Source: Mycoplasmoides genitalium G37 | Lineage (GTDB): Bacteria; Bacillota_I; Bacilli_A; Mycoplasmatales; Mycoplasmoidaceae | DNA length: 32,000 nt | Reading direction: 5' to 3' | Assembly (NCBI RefSeq): GCF_000027325.1 | Contig: NC_000908.2 | Coordinates: 1 to 32,000, forward strand | Shown: piece by piece, positions 12,068-22,200 of the stretch | Layout of the letters: the number at the start of each line of letters is the position of its first letter | Position numbering within the stretch: the first letter of the stretch is position 1 | Notes under the pieces: model-generated | What the model was told of the DNA's origin: nothing | The model's input: only the letters and a program-made list of their open reading frames with translations | Databases searched by the model: none | Translations under genes and position numbers: made by a program

Positions 12068-12724
12068 ATGGATGTTAGAACTGAAAGATTAAACGAATTG
12101 TTTTTTGTTTATCATAAAAACTTAAAAAATCAATCTAAATCTAAATATAGCAGAGCAGTTAATTACTTAAAAAGGCGTGGATTCAATTTACAAGATTTTT
12201 TAAAAGTTGGGGGTGGTGTTGGTTATTTACAAAATAAAGAATGATTAAATTTACCTTTATACAGTTTTGATGGTAATTTAATTGGTTTTCTAAACAGAAA
12301 AGTTAGTTATAAAAAGGAATTTTTATATACACCTTTTAATAAACCTCCTTCAAAGAGCGAAGCTTTTGTAGGACTCAGAGAATTAGTTATTAAAGACAAT
12401 AGCATATATCTTGTTGAAGGTGATTTTGACTGGTTAGCTTTTCGCAAAGCAGGTATATTAAATTCTCTTCCTCTTTGTGGTTTGACTATTTCAAATCAAC
12501 AAGTTCAATGATTAAAACAAAAAAAGATTAAAAAGATTTTTATCTGTTTTGATAATGATTTAGCTGGAAAGAATGGAGCAAAAAATTTAAAAGAATATCT
12601 AACTAAGCAAGGATTTATAACAAAAGTTATAGAAATTAAAGCTGCCGCAAAAGACTGAAATGATTTGTTTTTATTAAACAACTCAAATTGATCAGCGGTT
12701 TTAACTAATCAACTTCTTTTTTAA
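12068..12724 (+). CDS. DnaG-related protein, TOPRIM core only (no zinc ribbon, no DnaB-binding domain)
   Basis: 218-aa ORF under code 4. It carries a TOPRIM glutamate in YLVEGDFDW (E at 12416-12418) and a DxD in FDNDLAGKNGA (12551-12559). Upstream, the stretch YLKRRGFNLQDFLKVGGGVGY resembles the DnaG RNA-polymerase core. The first 100 residues have no Cys/His cluster. Confidence 0.8.
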
Positions 12725-13564
12725 GAATTTTTTAAATTTACTAATAATTGTTCTGATAATTATTTTAGTGATATTTAAATCTGGACAAAGCTGAACTAAA
12801 GCTCTCGCACCAGCAGCATCTTCAATTTCATTAACAATAACCCTATTATATCTATTTAAAAAGAAGTCAATAGCATAATAACCTTCCCTTAGGCGTTTAG
12901 CTATTTTCTTTATTTTTCTTTTAGTAAATCACTTTAATTTAAACAAGGAAACTTCAGCACCTTGTGAAAAGTTAGCTTTAAATTGATTAGCATTAGAAAT
13001 TTTTTTAATAACTTTAATTATTTTTCCAAACAAAATATAAGCACGATATTCAACTGTGCCAATTGATAAAAAAGGTTGAACAATTCATTCTGTTGCATTT
13101 TCAATGTTTAAATGTTTGATCTCGTCAGCACTATTAACTAAATGTACATCTTTTCCACCGTGTGAATTACGTTTCTTAACGATGACAGGAAATGATTTGA
13201 TTGTTTCTTTACTAAGAAGAGAAGAATTGACAGTTAGAAATCTATTTTGTTTTAATCATTTATATGTTTCGTATTTATCGTTTGCTATAAAAACAACATT
13301 AAAAGGATTAACTAAAAAAGTATTTATTTGATTATTGGTTTTTAAAAAATCTACTTTTCTTGAACGATTTAAAATCAATTCAGCTTCATTAATTTTAGCT
13401 TCGAAATTAATGTCTTTATTTTCAAGTAATAAGACTTCAGCATTTAGTTTTTTCTTTTGTAATTCCTTGATTAGACTTAAAGCAAATGTTTGATTTTTTT
13501 CAAAATCATCCTTGTTGTCATAAACAACTAATGCTTTTCTGTTTTTTAATTTAATTTTTCCCAT
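12701..13564 (-). CDS. ATP-grasp ligase, RimK-like paralog 1
   Basis: Translated by hand on the minus strand from ATG (13564) through TGA codons to TAA (12703-12701), giving 287 aa. The motifs FPVIVKKRNSHGGKDV, FKANFSQGAE and YYAIDFFLN..VIVNEIEDAAG parallel the neighbouring paralog and the RimK/glutathione-synthetase ATP-grasp fold. Confidence 0.8.
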
Positions 13565-13568
13565 TAAT

Positions 13569-14432
13569 CTAAATTGCTTTTAAAAGCTCAATTGCAAGAT
13601 TAGTATTTAAATACATTGAGCTTCTTGTTAATTGCACATTAGGATTTACTTCACAAAAGATCAATGATCTGTCTTGATCAAACAAAAAATCAATACCGCA
13701 ATAAAAAAGTTGCATTACTTTACTAATTTTAACTGCTAAATTTTCTTGTTCCTTATTCAAAAAAAAGCGTTCTGCCTTTGCCCCTTTATTGAGATTAGAA
13801 CGAAAATCACTATTATTAGTTGTATGTAAAGCACCTATAACTTTATTGTTCACAACAATAACTCTTACCGATTCACCTTTAGAGCAAGTAATGTATTTTT
13901 GCACAATTGCTTGTTGATTAAAAGACATTAAAGTTTTTCTTAATTTTTGTTCATCTAAACACAAAAAAACATAATCACCAAAAGAACCAAAAACACTTTT
14001 AACAATAACAGGAAACTCCATACTTTGTTTTATTTGATTAATAAAAACATCGAGCATTACTGGATTTCACTCCCTGTCAAAATTTTGAGGTCCTAAAAGT
14101 GTTTTAATCTGCTTTATGAATGGATATTGTGCAATGATAGCGTGACTAAGTCCTTTATTATCTGCATTGTTAATTCCAATTGAACTGTTAATTACTTCAA
14201 AACCATTGCTTTCTAGTCATCTAGCTAAAGCAATATTTTTATCCATAAAAAGAATTTTGTTGGATATGAAGGGTAAATTTGCTTTTGCTTTAGTTGTATT
14301 AATATCAAAACTAGTAAAGAATTTTAGTTCTATATCTAACTCTTCACTAGCATTTTTTAAAAGTTGAGTTTGATTTAATTTAGAGCTAATTGGATTAAAT
14401 GCTGGATTGTAAACAACGTTTATTTTTTTCAT
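13569..14432 (-). CDS. rimK: ATP-grasp alpha-L-glutamate ligase, RimK family, paralog 2
   Basis: Fragments 14432-14217 and 14057-13569 are in one frame and joined through TGA (hand translated, no TAA/TAG), giving 287 aa. Motifs are FPVIVKSVFGSFGD, FRSNLNKGAKAE and CGIDFLFD..LIFCEVNPN. Confidence 0.85.
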
Positions 14433-15216
14433 GCAATATTCAAAGATTTTTTATTATTGCTAAAACTGTAAAAGGGCCAACACCGCCAGGCGTTTTAGTT
14501 CATCATCTAGCTTTTTTTTCAATGCCTTCAGGATTTATATCACCACAAAGTTTATTTTGCTTGTTTCTTGAAACACCTATATCAAATAAAATAACTCCTT
14601 TTTTAAAGTTTTTAGCTTGAAAAAAATGAGATTTTCCAATAGCAGTAAAAACTATATCAGCACTTTTAATCAATTCAAATGTATTTGGAGTATCTTTATC
14701 GCATGCTTGAACTTTATAACCACTAGTTTTTAAAAATTCATAAATAGGTTTGCCACCAGTTATTCCCAAACCTACCACAACAATTTTTTGATTATTAAAT
14801 TCAAGGTTAAATAGTTCTTTTAGTGTTATTATAGCTTCAACTATACAAGGTTTAATTTCAGCCAAATGATTAGTTGTTAAACCATCAACATCTTTTAAAG
14901 GATTAATTGCTTCTAGTAGTGAGTTTTTATCTAAGTGTGGATAAACTGGCAATTGCAAAATGATACCAGTAACATTTACATCATGATTTAAACTAATTAT
15001 TTTTTCTATTAACTCTGCTTGAGTTATTTGATTAGATAGTTTAATTAATTCACTTTTTGCTCCTACAGTGTTACAAGCAATAAGTTTTTGTTTAATAAAA
15101 CTGTCTGATGAATCATCATCATTAGCTTGAATAATCACTAACTTACATTTTGATCAATCAAAATTCTTGTAAGTTTCTAAGATTGATTGCGCTTTTAGTT
15201 TTCCATCAAATGACAT
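14395..15216 (-). CDS. folD: Bifunctional methylenetetrahydrofolate dehydrogenase/cyclohydrolase
   Basis: The ATG at 15216 gives MSFDGKLKAQ..., which matches the usual FolD N-terminus (M..IDGK). DVDG and TPGGVGP motifs are present. The ORF reads through tandem TGA-TGA at 14500-14505 to TAA at 14397-14395 (273 aa). A longer upstream start is possible but would lie inside a terminator hairpin. Confidence 0.88.
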
Positions 15217-15233
15217 CTTATTTTGCCTAATAT

Positions 15234-15281
15234 AAAACAAAACGTCTAACTTCTTATTTATGCAAAGGTAAGTTAGACGTT
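15234..15281 (-). terminator. Intrinsic terminator-like hairpin between tRNA-Ala and folD
   Basis: Perfect 12-bp inverted repeat AACGTCTAACTT (15241-15252) / AAGTTAGACGTT (15270-15281) with a 17-nt loop. On the minus-strand transcript it is followed immediately by TTGTTTTAT. Confidence 0.6.
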
Positions 15282-15293
15282 GGAATTCTTTAA

Positions 15294-15369
15294 TGGTGGA
15301 GATGAAGGGTCTCAAACCCTCAACCTCCTGAGTGCAAATCAGGTGCTCTATCAGTTGAGCTACATCCCC
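15294..15369 (-). tRNA. tRNA-Ala (anticodon UGC), CCA encoded
   Basis: The reverse complement folds as a cloverleaf: acceptor GGGGATG/CATCTCC with the G3:U70 alanine identity pair, anticodon loop TTTGCAC, and 3' ACCA. Length is 76 nt. Confidence 0.95.
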
Positions 15370-15374
15370 ATTAT

Positions 15375-15451
15375 TGGTGGAAGTAAATGGACTTGAACCA
15401 TCGACCTCACCCTTATCAGGGGTGTGCTCTAACCAACTGAGCTATACTTCC
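15375..15451 (-). tRNA. tRNA-Ile (anticodon GAU), CCA encoded
   Basis: The reverse complement has acceptor GGAAGTA/TACTTCC, D-loop AGTTGGTTA, anticodon loop CTGATAA, T-loop TTCAAGT and 3' ACCA. Length is 77 nt, and it lies 5 nt upstream of tRNA-Ala. Confidence 0.95.
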
Positions 15452-15481
15452 AAGCATAATCCTAAGGGTATTTAACTAATT

Positions 15482-15487
15482 ATTATA
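15482..15487 (-). promoter_or_regulatory. Candidate -10 (TATAAT on the minus strand) for the tRNA-Ile/tRNA-Ala unit
   Basis: The plus-strand ATTATA at 15482-15487 reads TATAAT on the minus strand, about 30 nt upstream of the tRNA-Ile 5' end, in the divergent spacer. Confidence 0.3.
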
Positions 15488-15532
15488 ACAATTTTAATTT
15501 AACCAAAATACCCCTCGAATTTTAACAGTTTT

Positions 15533-15538
15533 TATAAT
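15533..15538 (+). promoter_or_regulatory. Candidate -10 (TATAAT) for the ABC exporter operon
   Basis: TATAAT ends 16 nt upstream of the ATG at 15555, in the 103-bp divergent spacer. Confidence 0.35.
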
Positions 15539-15554
15539 CAAAACAGCTAATTTT

Positions 15555-17426
15555 ATGGGGCTTGTTTTAAAAGAATTTAACAATAAAATAAGAACAGCAT
15601 TAATTCTCGCTCCTTTTTTCACTTTCGCTCAGATAGTGATTGATTTAATCATTCCTTCTTTTTTAGCAAGTGCTATTTCAGTTGTGTTTTCAATTGATAA
15701 ATTAAAACAGGATGAGTCAGGCGGAAAGACAATTTCAGTTGATTTTATTGGTGGGGCTAATATTAATTTTGCTAATGTAAGAGAAGCGCAAATAGTTTTA
15801 GCAACCACAGTTATTTTACTTGCATTATGTGGACTTTTTTTTGGTCTAATATCTATTTATTGTGCAAGTTATGTTTCAGCAAACACTTCTTTTCTATTAA
15901 GAAAAAAGATCTTTGCAAAATTAATGCGAATCACAACCCCATCACATGACCATTATGGTTCTTCTACTTTATTAGTTAGATTAACAAATGATGTTTATTT
16001 GATGGAGGTAATTGCTTTTGATTTTTTAAGGCTAATTATTCGTGCTCCGCTTTTGTTTATAGGTGGATTAGTGTTTGCAGTAACTACAAATCAAGATATG
16101 TCAATATCTTTACTAATTACTTTTCCTTTGATTCTTTTGGTAATTGGTATTCTAAACCGTAAATCTATTCCTTTATTTAAAGAAAATCAAAAATCAGTTG
16201 ATAAGATAAATGAAAGAGTAGAAGAAGATGTTTCAGGTTATAAAGTAATTCAATCTTTTAATCTTCATTCCTTTACAAATAACAAATTTAAGATTGCAAA
16301 TGAAGGATGAAAAAAGAATAGTACAAGTTCTTTATTTATAAACTCACTTAACATTCCATTTACCTTTTTTTTAAGCAGTTTAACTATTATTATTGCTCTA
16401 CTATTAGTTTTTCAATTAGATAGTAGTGTTTCAGTTGACCCATTACCGCAGGATGCAGCTATTAGACCTAATATCTTTGCTTTTTTCCAATATAACTTTT
16501 ACATTGTTTTAGGGTTTATCTTAACCTCTTTAACAATGGTGAACTTTAATCGTTCTAGAGTTGCACTAGGCAGAATTAAAGATATTTTATCTCAGCCTGA
16601 AATAAAAACTATTACAAATAAAGATCAAAAAGAATTATTACCTACCTTGGAGTTTAGAAATATCTCTTTTGGTCTTGGCAATAAGAACAATAACAATTTT
16701 TTACAAAATCTTAGTTTTAAATTTGAAGCATATAAAACATATGGTATTGTTGGGCCTACAGGCTCTGGAAAATCTTTAATTGCTAACATTATCGGTGGTT
16801 TATATGAGCCTAATGAGGGTGAAATTCTCATTGGTGGGGAGAAAATTCAATCTATTGACAGTTTATATCTATCAGAAATGATAGGAATTGTTTTCCAACA
16901 AAACATCCTTTTTAAAGGAACAATTTCTTCTAATATAAAAATTGGTATTGAAACTAGAAGTGATTGAAAGAATCAATCTGATTTACAAAAGAATGAAGCG
17001 ATGAAAAACGCAGCTAAAATAGCTTGCGCTGACACCTTTATTGAAAAGTTTTCTGATAGTTATGATCACAATGTTGAACAGTTAGGTAAAAACTTATCTG
17101 GTGGACAAAAACAAAGAGTTGCTATTGCAAGAACTTTAATTACAAAACCAAGAATTTTAGTTTTTGATGATAGTATGAGTGCTCTTGATGCTCTAACTGA
17201 AAAAAAAGTAAGAGAAAATATTGAAAATGATTTAAAGCTAACTACCAAAATCATTATTAGTCAAAACATTAATTCAATTAAACACGCAGATAAAATTTTG
17301 GTAATTGATAATGGCAGAATTGTTGGTTTTGATAGTGATCAAAAGCTAATGAAAAATTGTTCACTTTATCAAAAGATGAAAGAATCTCAAAAAGATTTGG
17401 GAGGTGATTTTGATGCAGTTAACTAG
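15555..17426 (+). CDS. ABC exporter subunit (TMD-NBD half transporter) with a degenerate catalytic site
   Basis: Fragments 15555-16310, 16536-16967 and 17001-17426 share a frame and are joined through TGA (hand checked), giving 623 aa. Walker A is GPTGSGKS and the signature is LSGGQKQ. Walker B ILVFDD has Asp where the catalytic Glu is expected (17169-17171). The H-loop position is Gln (ISQN, 17262-17264). Confidence 0.92.
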
Positions 17427-19242
17427 TGTAAAACCAAGTTCTTGAAAGATTTTAAAGAGATTAATTACTTCAATGGAAGGAAGTTGAAGTTATAAATTAC
17501 TTTATGTTTTTTTGTGTATAGTTCTTGGTATTTTATATGGAATTGCTAACCCTATCTTATTAGCACAAGGTCTTGGTTTTATTTTTCCTATTACTAGTAG
17601 TAATGGTCGTGCTGTTGACTCAATATATTCATTAATTTACCCAACAAATTTAAATGTATTCATTAGGCTCACAATTGTGAGCGTAACTGTTTTTGTAGCT
17701 TATGCATTAATCTTTGTATTTAATGTAGCGCAAAACTATGTAGGGATTAAACTTTACCAACAAACATGTGCTACTTTGCGTTGAAAGGCATATTTAAAAA
17801 TGCAGAGTATGTCAACCAGCTTTTTTGATACGCAAAATAATGGTGATCTTATGAGTAGGTTAACTAATGATATGTATAACATTGATAACCTATTCACTCA
17901 AGCTGGTGGACAAGCTATTCAAAGTTTGTTTAATATTTTAACAACCTCAGTATTAATATTTTTATTAAGCCCAGTTATTGCACTTATTTCACTTTCAATT
18001 TTAGCTACATTAATTACTTTTTCTTTTGCCTTTCTAAAGAAATCAAAAACTTCATATAGTCAAGTACAAAATAATTTGGGTGATATGTCTGGTTATATTG
18101 AAGAGGTTTTAACTAATCATAAGGTTGTTCATGTCTTGAAGTTGCAAGAGATAATGATTAAGGATTTTGATCAATACAACAAATCAATGATCAAACCAAC
18201 TGTAAGAGGGAATACATATTCGATCTTTCTTTTTTCTTGGTTTGGTTTTATATCAAATATTACTTATCTGGTTTCTATATCAATTGCTACTGCTTTTAGT
18301 GTTAATTCTATTCCTTCATTTGGAATTAGTGTTATTAACTATTCATTCATGTTGTCTTACATTGCTTCTTTAAGGCAAATAACTTTAGCATTAGATCAAA
18401 TCTTTACCCTTTGAAACTTAGTTCAATTAGGGGTTGTTAGTGCAGAAAGAGTATTTAAGGTATTAGATCTTAATGTAGAGAAAGATACTGCTACTATTGA
18501 CAAATTACCTGATATTAAAGGTAATATAAGGTTTGAAAATGTAGCATTTGGTTACAATAAAGATAAACCTACTTTAACAGGAATTAACTTTAGTGTTAAA
18601 CATGGAGATGTAGTTGCAATAGTAGGTCCTACAGGAGCTGGTAAATCAACTATTATTAATCTATTGATGAAATTCTATAAACCTTTTGAAGGAAAGATTT
18701 ATATGGATAACTTTGAAATTAGTGATGTAACTAAAAAAGCATGAAGAGAAAAGATTTCTATAGTATTACAAGATTCATTCTTATTTAGCGGCACAATTAA
18801 AGAAAATATTCGTTTAGGCAGACAGGATGCTACTGATGATGAGATTATCGCTGCATGTAAAACTGCTAATGCTCATGATTTCATCATGCGTTTACCAAAA
18901 GGATATGACACTTATATTTCCAATAAAGCAGATTATCTTTCTGTTGGTGAAAGGCAATTATTAACAATTGCCAGAGCAGTAATCCGTAATGCTCCAGTTT
19001 TGCTCTTAGATGAAGCAACTAGTTCAGTTGATGTCCATTCAGAAAAATTAATTCAAGAATCAATAGGAAGGTTAATGAAAAATAAAACTTCTTTTATAAT
19101 TTCTCATCGTCTTTCAATTATTCGTGATGCAACATTAATAATGGTTATTAATGATGGTAAAGTACTTGAAATGGGTAATCATGATCAGCTGATGAAACAA
19201 AATGGATTTTATGCACGTTTAAAACAATCTTCGGTTCGTTAA
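17413..19242 (+). CDS. ABC exporter subunit (TMD-NBD half transporter) with a canonical catalytic site and degenerate signature
   Basis: Fragments 17512-17784, 17800-18414 and 18886-19242 share a frame. Walker A is GPTGAGKS, Walker B plus Glu is VLLLDEAT, the H-loop is ISHRL, and the signature is LSVGERQ (18937-18957). The start is uncertain. The ATG at 17413 overlaps the upstream gene by 14 nt and gives the typical WKILKRL N-terminus. The alternative ATG at 17473 gives a 589-aa product. Confidence 0.9.
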
Positions 19243-19251
19243 TAAATTCTA

Positions 19252-22200
19252 ATGACTGTTGCTGAAATTAAAAAACTTGCATTAAATAATCAGGTATTTA
19301 ATGAAGCAAAAGCGCTTTTAGAAAAAGGTAATGTTATTTTTCCAAAAAAATTCTTAAAGCGAAAGAAGATCATTATTGAAGTATTAGATGGTAAGGTTTT
19401 TAAGGTTCAAATTAATTTAAAAACCGCTGCTGCACACTTGGATTGTAGTTGCTCTAATGATAAGCAAAATTGCGTTCATATAATTGCAGCGCTTTTGAAA
19501 TATAATGATCTAAAAAATCAAGATAACAAAGAATTTGACCTTAATAAAGCCGATAAATTAGAGTGCAAAGAAGTTGAAATTCTAATTGAAAATGTTAGCT
19601 TAGCAATTGTTAATGGCAGCTGAAAATTAAAGATAGGTTTTGTAATTAATATTGATAAAGTTCAAACTAATACAACTGCTTTACGTTTTTATTGTTGTGA
19701 TAATAAAGATGTTTATTTTCTACATACTGAAGATGAACAACTTTTCAGGATTGCTTTAGATAAATTTAATAGTGTTGAAAGACAAACATTATTAATTTTT
19801 GATCAGCTAAATAAAACAAAGCAAATGCAATATGAAAATAACAGTTTGCTTTTTAATTTAGATCAATTCCTAAGCCTAGTTAAGGAAGTTAAAAAACCTT
19901 CATTATTCTTATTAAATGAGGATAAAACTGACAATATTCTTTTCTTAAGAAGTCAACATAAAATCAATGGATTAAGCCACGTTTGTGGTTTTTTAAATAA
20001 TAAGGTTTTTGATTTTGTATCCTACAATGAAAAAACTAAGCAAATTGTTTTACGCTTAGCTTATCTTAATAAGTTCACTGATTTTAAATTTCCATACAAC
20101 ATTAACATCTATAAACTTGCTTTTGGAGAAACATTATTTTTCCATTTTTTAATCCATTTAAAAATGAATGGTTTTAAAAACATCTTTTTTCAAAGTGATG
20201 TTGTTATTGTTAAGGAAAGTGAATATCTACCTAAGATGTTTTTGACTATTGAATTTAATACACAAAAAAACAAGTTTATAACTGATGCTTTTTTTAAATA
20301 TAAGAATAAAAATAGCAATACTTTAACAACTGTTTACCCCCATCGCTATTACTTAGCTCAAAAAACTAATACATCAAACTTCAACCGTTTACTTTTTTAT
20401 GAACAAGCACTACAAAGGTTTTATGAAGAATTATTTCAAATAGATTATTTAAGAAGATTTGAAAACATTCCCATTAAAGATAAGAATCAAATTGCGCTTT
20501 TTAAAACTGTTTTTGATGATTACAAAACCATTGATTTAGCAGAATTGAAACTTACAAGTAATCTCTTAAATTACAAACAGTTACATTTTTCAATAAGTGA
20601 TATTAAAGCTTTAAAAATTGAAGATAGACAACTAAAAATTGAATTTAAAGCTGGCGGGATAGATCTAAAGTTAATTAAAAGTGTTTTAAGTAACTACTAT
20701 AAGGGTAATGCTATTTGTATTGGTGAAGATGGTTGATATGATTTGAACGATGAAAATGCTAAAGCACTAATTTCATTTTGGAGTCAAATTGACTTAAGAA
20801 ATGCTACTTGTGATGCTAATAACAATTTGCTTCTTGCTAAATACCACTTGTTTGAAGTTGTAGATACTATTAGTAAATACACTGATGTAACTAATTTATT
20901 AGATGAAAAAACAGCCTTACAATTAAAAATAGCTAGTGAAAATCAATTTCATCTTTCGTTAGATAATAACCAAATTAATAACTTACGCAAATATCAAAAA
21001 GAAGGAGTTAAATGGATAAGGGCATTAGAAGATAATCAGTTTGGTGGAATTTTAGCAGATGAAATGGGGTTAGGTAAAACTGCTCAAGTGATCTTTGCAA
21101 TGCTGGATAGTTATCAATCAACAAAATCACTTTTACCTAGTTTAATTATCGTTCCAGCATCCTTACTCTTAAATTGAAAAAGTGAGTTCCAAAAGTTTGC
21201 ACCTCATGTGAAAATAGTTACTGCTAATGGCAATTTTAAAGAACGCTCGCAGGTATATGAATCATTAAAAAATCAGATTTTGTTAATGAGTTTTAATGTC
21301 TTAAGAAGTGATATTAAATGAATATCTCAAAAAAAGTTCCATTATGTAGTAATTGATGAAGCACAAGGAATCAAAAATGAAAATTCTACTGTAACAAAAG
21401 CCGCTAAAAAAATTAAAGGTAATTTTTGCTTAGCACTTACCGGTACTCCTATTGAAAATCGTTTGCTTGATCTTTGATCTTGTTTTGATTTTGTTTTACC
21501 AAATTTCCTTGGTAATAAAAAACAGTTTTCAGATCAATTTGAAAAAGAAAAAAATGATGAAAGCTTTCAAAAATTAATGAAAAAAACGAGTCCTTTTATT
21601 TTAAGAAGGACTAAAAATAAAGTTTTAAAAGAACTACCTAAAAAAATTATTACTGATATCTATGTTGAACTTAGTGAAGAACATCAAAAACTGTATGATA
21701 AACAAAAAACAGATGGTTTGAAGGAGATTAAAGAAAGTGATGCTAAAAATGCTTTAAATATCCTTAGTTTAATCTTGAAATTAAGGCATATTTGTAGCTT
21801 AGTTAAAGACAATGATGTTAATGATTTTGAAGATAATTCCAAAGCTAATGCAGCTTTAAACATTATTTATGAAGCACTTGAAAATAAACGCAAAGTTATT
21901 TTGTTTACTCAATTTTTAGATGTAATTGATTGTTTTAAGCAAACTTTAAAAAATCAAAAGATTGATCACCTGGTATTTGATGGTAGAAAAACTGTGAAGA
22001 ATAGAAACACTATTATCCAGAAGTTCAATAGTGCTAAAGAACCTTGTGTGATGCTAGCTTCTTTAAAAGCTGGTGGAGTTGGTATTAACTTAACTGCTGC
22101 TGAAGTTGTTATTCATTTTGATGTGTGATGAAACAGTGCTGTTGAAAATCAAGCAACTGATAGAGCACATCGTATTGGTCAAAGTAAAACTGTACAAGTT

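Noticed and set aside
13104-14620. Plus-strand ORFs 13104-13331, 14167-14367 and 14399-14620.
   Set aside because: They are antisense to the ATP-grasp paralogs and folD, whose minus-strand frames carry clear family motifs.
15217-15249. A longer folD N-terminus starting at a TTG/TTA codon around 15240-15249.
   Set aside because: The ATG at 15216 gives the canonical MxxDGK FolD N-terminus. The extension would be encoded inside the 12-bp terminator stem and begin with a rare start codon. I cannot exclude it without N-terminal data.
16625-17254. Minus-strand ORFs 16625-16831 and 17066-17254.
   Set aside because: They are antisense to the NBD of the first ABC subunit and mirror its conserved motifs.
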